Source: Sanchytrium tribonematis (lineage: Eukaryota). From it: 32,105 bases of DNA. The translations under genes were made by a program, and so were the position numbers. This document shows, piece by piece, positions 29,869 through 32,105 of this stretch. The stretch lies in contig JADGIG010000046.1 of the NCBI GenBank assembly GCA_018985235.1, forward strand, positions 1 through 32,105, in the 5' to 3' direction. Each line of letters opens with the position of its first letter. Position 1 is the stretch's first letter. The notes beneath the pieces are model-generated. The model worked only from the letters and a program-made list of their open reading frames with translations. It searched no databases and was not told the origin of the DNA.

Positions 29869-31132
29869 TTATTGTTTGATGACAGGTGCTGGTAGTATTT
29901 TGCCTTCTACACTTCCAAATCCAACACAAAATGATTCTCCAACACAAATACCACTCATTTTCACACTATCCCCATCTTCAATAAATGTTCTATTTTCTCC
30001 CTCAATATCTAATGTTTTGGTGCCATTCCATGTTAATTCTAATAATGAGCCATATTCTGACTCAGTTGGACCACTAATTGTCCCAGATCCACATAAATCT
30101 CCACTTTGTAAATTACAGCCATTGACGCAATGGTGTGCAAATTGCTGATGAAAAGACCAGTACATATGCTTTAAATTGCTATTACAAATGACTTTAGAGT
30201 GTTTTTGAGTGGATAATTCCACAGATAATTTCACATCATACGTTTCTAAATGAATTCAATTTACGGTTTTTAGGGCCATTTGTAGGTGTCAAATACGACA
30301 TTGGAGATGGATTTTGTGGTGGTCCTTGACATTTGAAGGGTTCTAATGCATCTAAAGTGACAATCCATGGAGAAATAGAAGTTCCAAAATTCTTACCTAA
30401 AAAGGGTCCTAATGGCACATATTCAAATGCTTGGATGTCTCTAGCAGACCAATCATTCATCAATACAACTCCAAAGATATGATCATTGGCTTCACTAATG
30501 GGAATAGGCTGTCCCAATTCATTTCCTTTTCCTACAAAAAATGCCATTTCTAATTCAAAATCTAATCTTTTAGAGGGTCCAAATGCGGGTTGATGTGGAT
30601 CTTTGGTTTTTAATTGACCATTTGGACGTGTAATGGGTGTACCACTGATTACAATGGAGCTAGCTCGACCGTGATAGCCCACTGGCAAATGGGTCCAATT
30701 TGGCATTAATGCGTTATCTTTGCCTCTAAACATGGTACCTACATTTGTAGCATGTTCTTTAGATGCATAAAAATCAGTATAATCTCCAATTTTAGCAGGT
30801 AAATGCATTTTGACACTCGCAACAGGAATCACAAATTCACTATATTTCTCATGATTTGCAATATTAGAGCCTTTTTTAAACAATTCTTGGATTTGATGAC
30901 GTACGGATTGCCATACTGGTTTACCCATTTCCATAAAATCATTTAAATATGGTTTATCAAATGGATTTGATTGTAATTTCAATAATTGCAATTTGCACAA
31001 TAATGATAAATCAATCACGTTCTCACCAATAATAGTGCCACCGCGTTTGATATTATTGGTTGAAAAGATGCCAAATGGGATATTTTGGATTGGAAATGGA
31101 TGATCCTTTGCGACATTGAAAATGGAGATCAT
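29869..31132 (-). CDS. FAH: Fumarylacetoacetase, 2 exons (31132-30265, 30245-29869), 414 aa
   Basis: FPIQNIPFGIFS, IGDYTDFYASKEHATNVG, HLPVGYHGRASS, LDFELEMA, NDWSARDIQ..EYVPLGPFLGK, GDLCGSGTISG, GSLLELTWNG. Confidence 0.96.
30246..30264 (-). other. 19-nt spliceosomal intron gtaaattgaattcatttag
   Basis: GT...AG ends. Removal gives ...GPKN-Q-TYDVKLSVEL and a full-length FAH. Confidence 0.92.
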
Positions 31133-31471
31133 ATTTGTATCAAAAAATATTGCAAATTTATTTATTTTTGATTTAATCATCTGGTTTGTATTTTTTGACA
31201 ACTTCATCAGATTTTTTAATTTTTCTTTTATTCTCTGTTTGGTTAATGAACCCTTTCTTTTCAAATTTTAATTGGACTTCTAATCTTCAATCTTTCAAAT
31301 TTCTGGTGTTTTATTTGGGACTCAAAAGACCCTGTTGACTGCGTATTAGGCCATTTACCCACATTTTTATTCTTCCAATCAAAATTATCCCAAGTCTACG
31401 GGCAGGTCTGTTGTATTCGTAAACTGCCTCTTGCAAATACTTATAAACACGCTGAGATCTTTCAAAATATC

Positions 31472-31732
31472 ATGATTCACTTGATTACCATATCCATATT
31501 TGCATTTCCTTCCAAGCATAATCAAAATCCACAAACTGCGTGCAGAAAGCATGAGCAAACTAAATGCGACAAATTATTTTACCCATATTCCCCAGATAAT
31601 TGTTGGAGACCAGGTTCAATCTGCCCACCATTAAAAGACCCTAAAGGATATCATAAATGCTTAAACCAAATTAAGATTACGTGTGATGGTAAGACATTAC
31701 CTGGTTCATCCCGATTTAAAAAAAATCATTAA
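31472..31732 (+). CDS. Small secreted Cys-rich protein (6 Cys, basic), 86 aa
   Basis: Short signal MIHLITISIFA-FP, even Cys count, TATAAA about 25-30 nt upstream. Confidence 0.65.
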   Translation: MIHLITISIFAFPSKHNQNPQTACRKHEQTKCDKLFYPYSPDNCWRPGSICPPLKDPKGYHKCLNQIKITCDGKTLPGSSRFKKNH

Positions 31733-31899
31733 TCAAATAAATTGATTTAATTAAAGCGAAATGAAAAAGGGACTGCGTAGACCCTTTCATTCATTTAACA
31801 AATAGTTTACCCACAGACTTGTTTAACCAATTAAAATTCTATGCAATTAATTTGCAAGCATTTGAAATGCATAAATTGATACAGTGCCGTGAAAATATC

Positions 31900-32091
31900 A
31901 TGATGTTTTTGATATCATTTACGATTCTTGCAGTTCCTACAACTTTAACTCCTGGAGAAGCTGCTATGAAATGTTTTTATAACAACTTTGTCAATTGTCT
32001 AAAGTCACACAAATTAGGTTCCAGTTATATTTGCGCCTCTAGGAGTGCTACAAAGTGCAAATATGATGCAACCTCATTAATACCGCATTAA
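31900..32091 (+). CDS. Small secreted Cys-rich protein (4 Cys), 63 aa
   Basis: Probable start MMFLISFTILA-VP at 31900. The stop overlaps AATAAATC as in other genes here. Confidence 0.6.
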   Translation: MMFLISFTILAVPTTLTPGEAAMKCFYNNFVNCLKSHKLGSSYICASRSATKCKYDATSLIPH

Positions 32092-32105
32092 TAAATCAAA
32101 ATTAA

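Noticed and set aside
31133..31264. N-terminal extensions in the ORF track (FAH; also 9255-9380, 21470-21502, 25470-25526, 29745-29795)
   Set aside because: Most begin at non-ATG codons or run through promoter-like motifs. Homology or the signal peptide begins at the downstream ATG.
1..32105. CRISPR array, rRNA/tRNA genes, prokaryotic operon or defence system
   Set aside because: I saw no spaced repeats or RNA gene signatures. The 35-36-nt repeats are adjacent tandem duplications without spacers, and the introns and gene content are eukaryotic.

Overview
This is not a prokaryotic window. It is an AT-rich, extremely gene-dense eukaryotic segment in the standard genetic code, with some intergenic gaps of only 8-41 bp. 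The gene content and compaction suggest a reduced-genome parasitic microbial eukaryote, possibly an early-diverging fungus such as a sanchytrid; that assignment is an inference and unverified. From left to right: a decayed, apparently chimeric Ty3/Gypsy retrotransposon with two tandem RNase H segments (1-~3480); a DUF4246 protein head-to-head with a SAM methyltransferase; a head-to-head pair of half-size ABCA transporters; four tandem paralogues of an unknown secreted family; an LRR receptor-like membrane protein disrupted by a 35-nt duplication; an ABHD4/5/Cld1-like hydrolase; three multi-Kazal inhibitor genes; two paralogous 4-TM proteins; five tandem members of a second unknown secreted family (plus a dispersed copy at 6150); fumarylacetoacetase; and two small Cys-rich secreted proteins. 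The most striking signal is that three independent ORF breaks are each repaired by a GT...AG intron of exactly 19 nt (7079-7097, 18470-18488, 30246-30264), pointing to a fixed-length ultra-short spliceosomal intron system. Other miniaturised signals accompany it: 8-12 residue signal peptides, AATAAA fused to the stop codon, and a TGATTGG promoter element.
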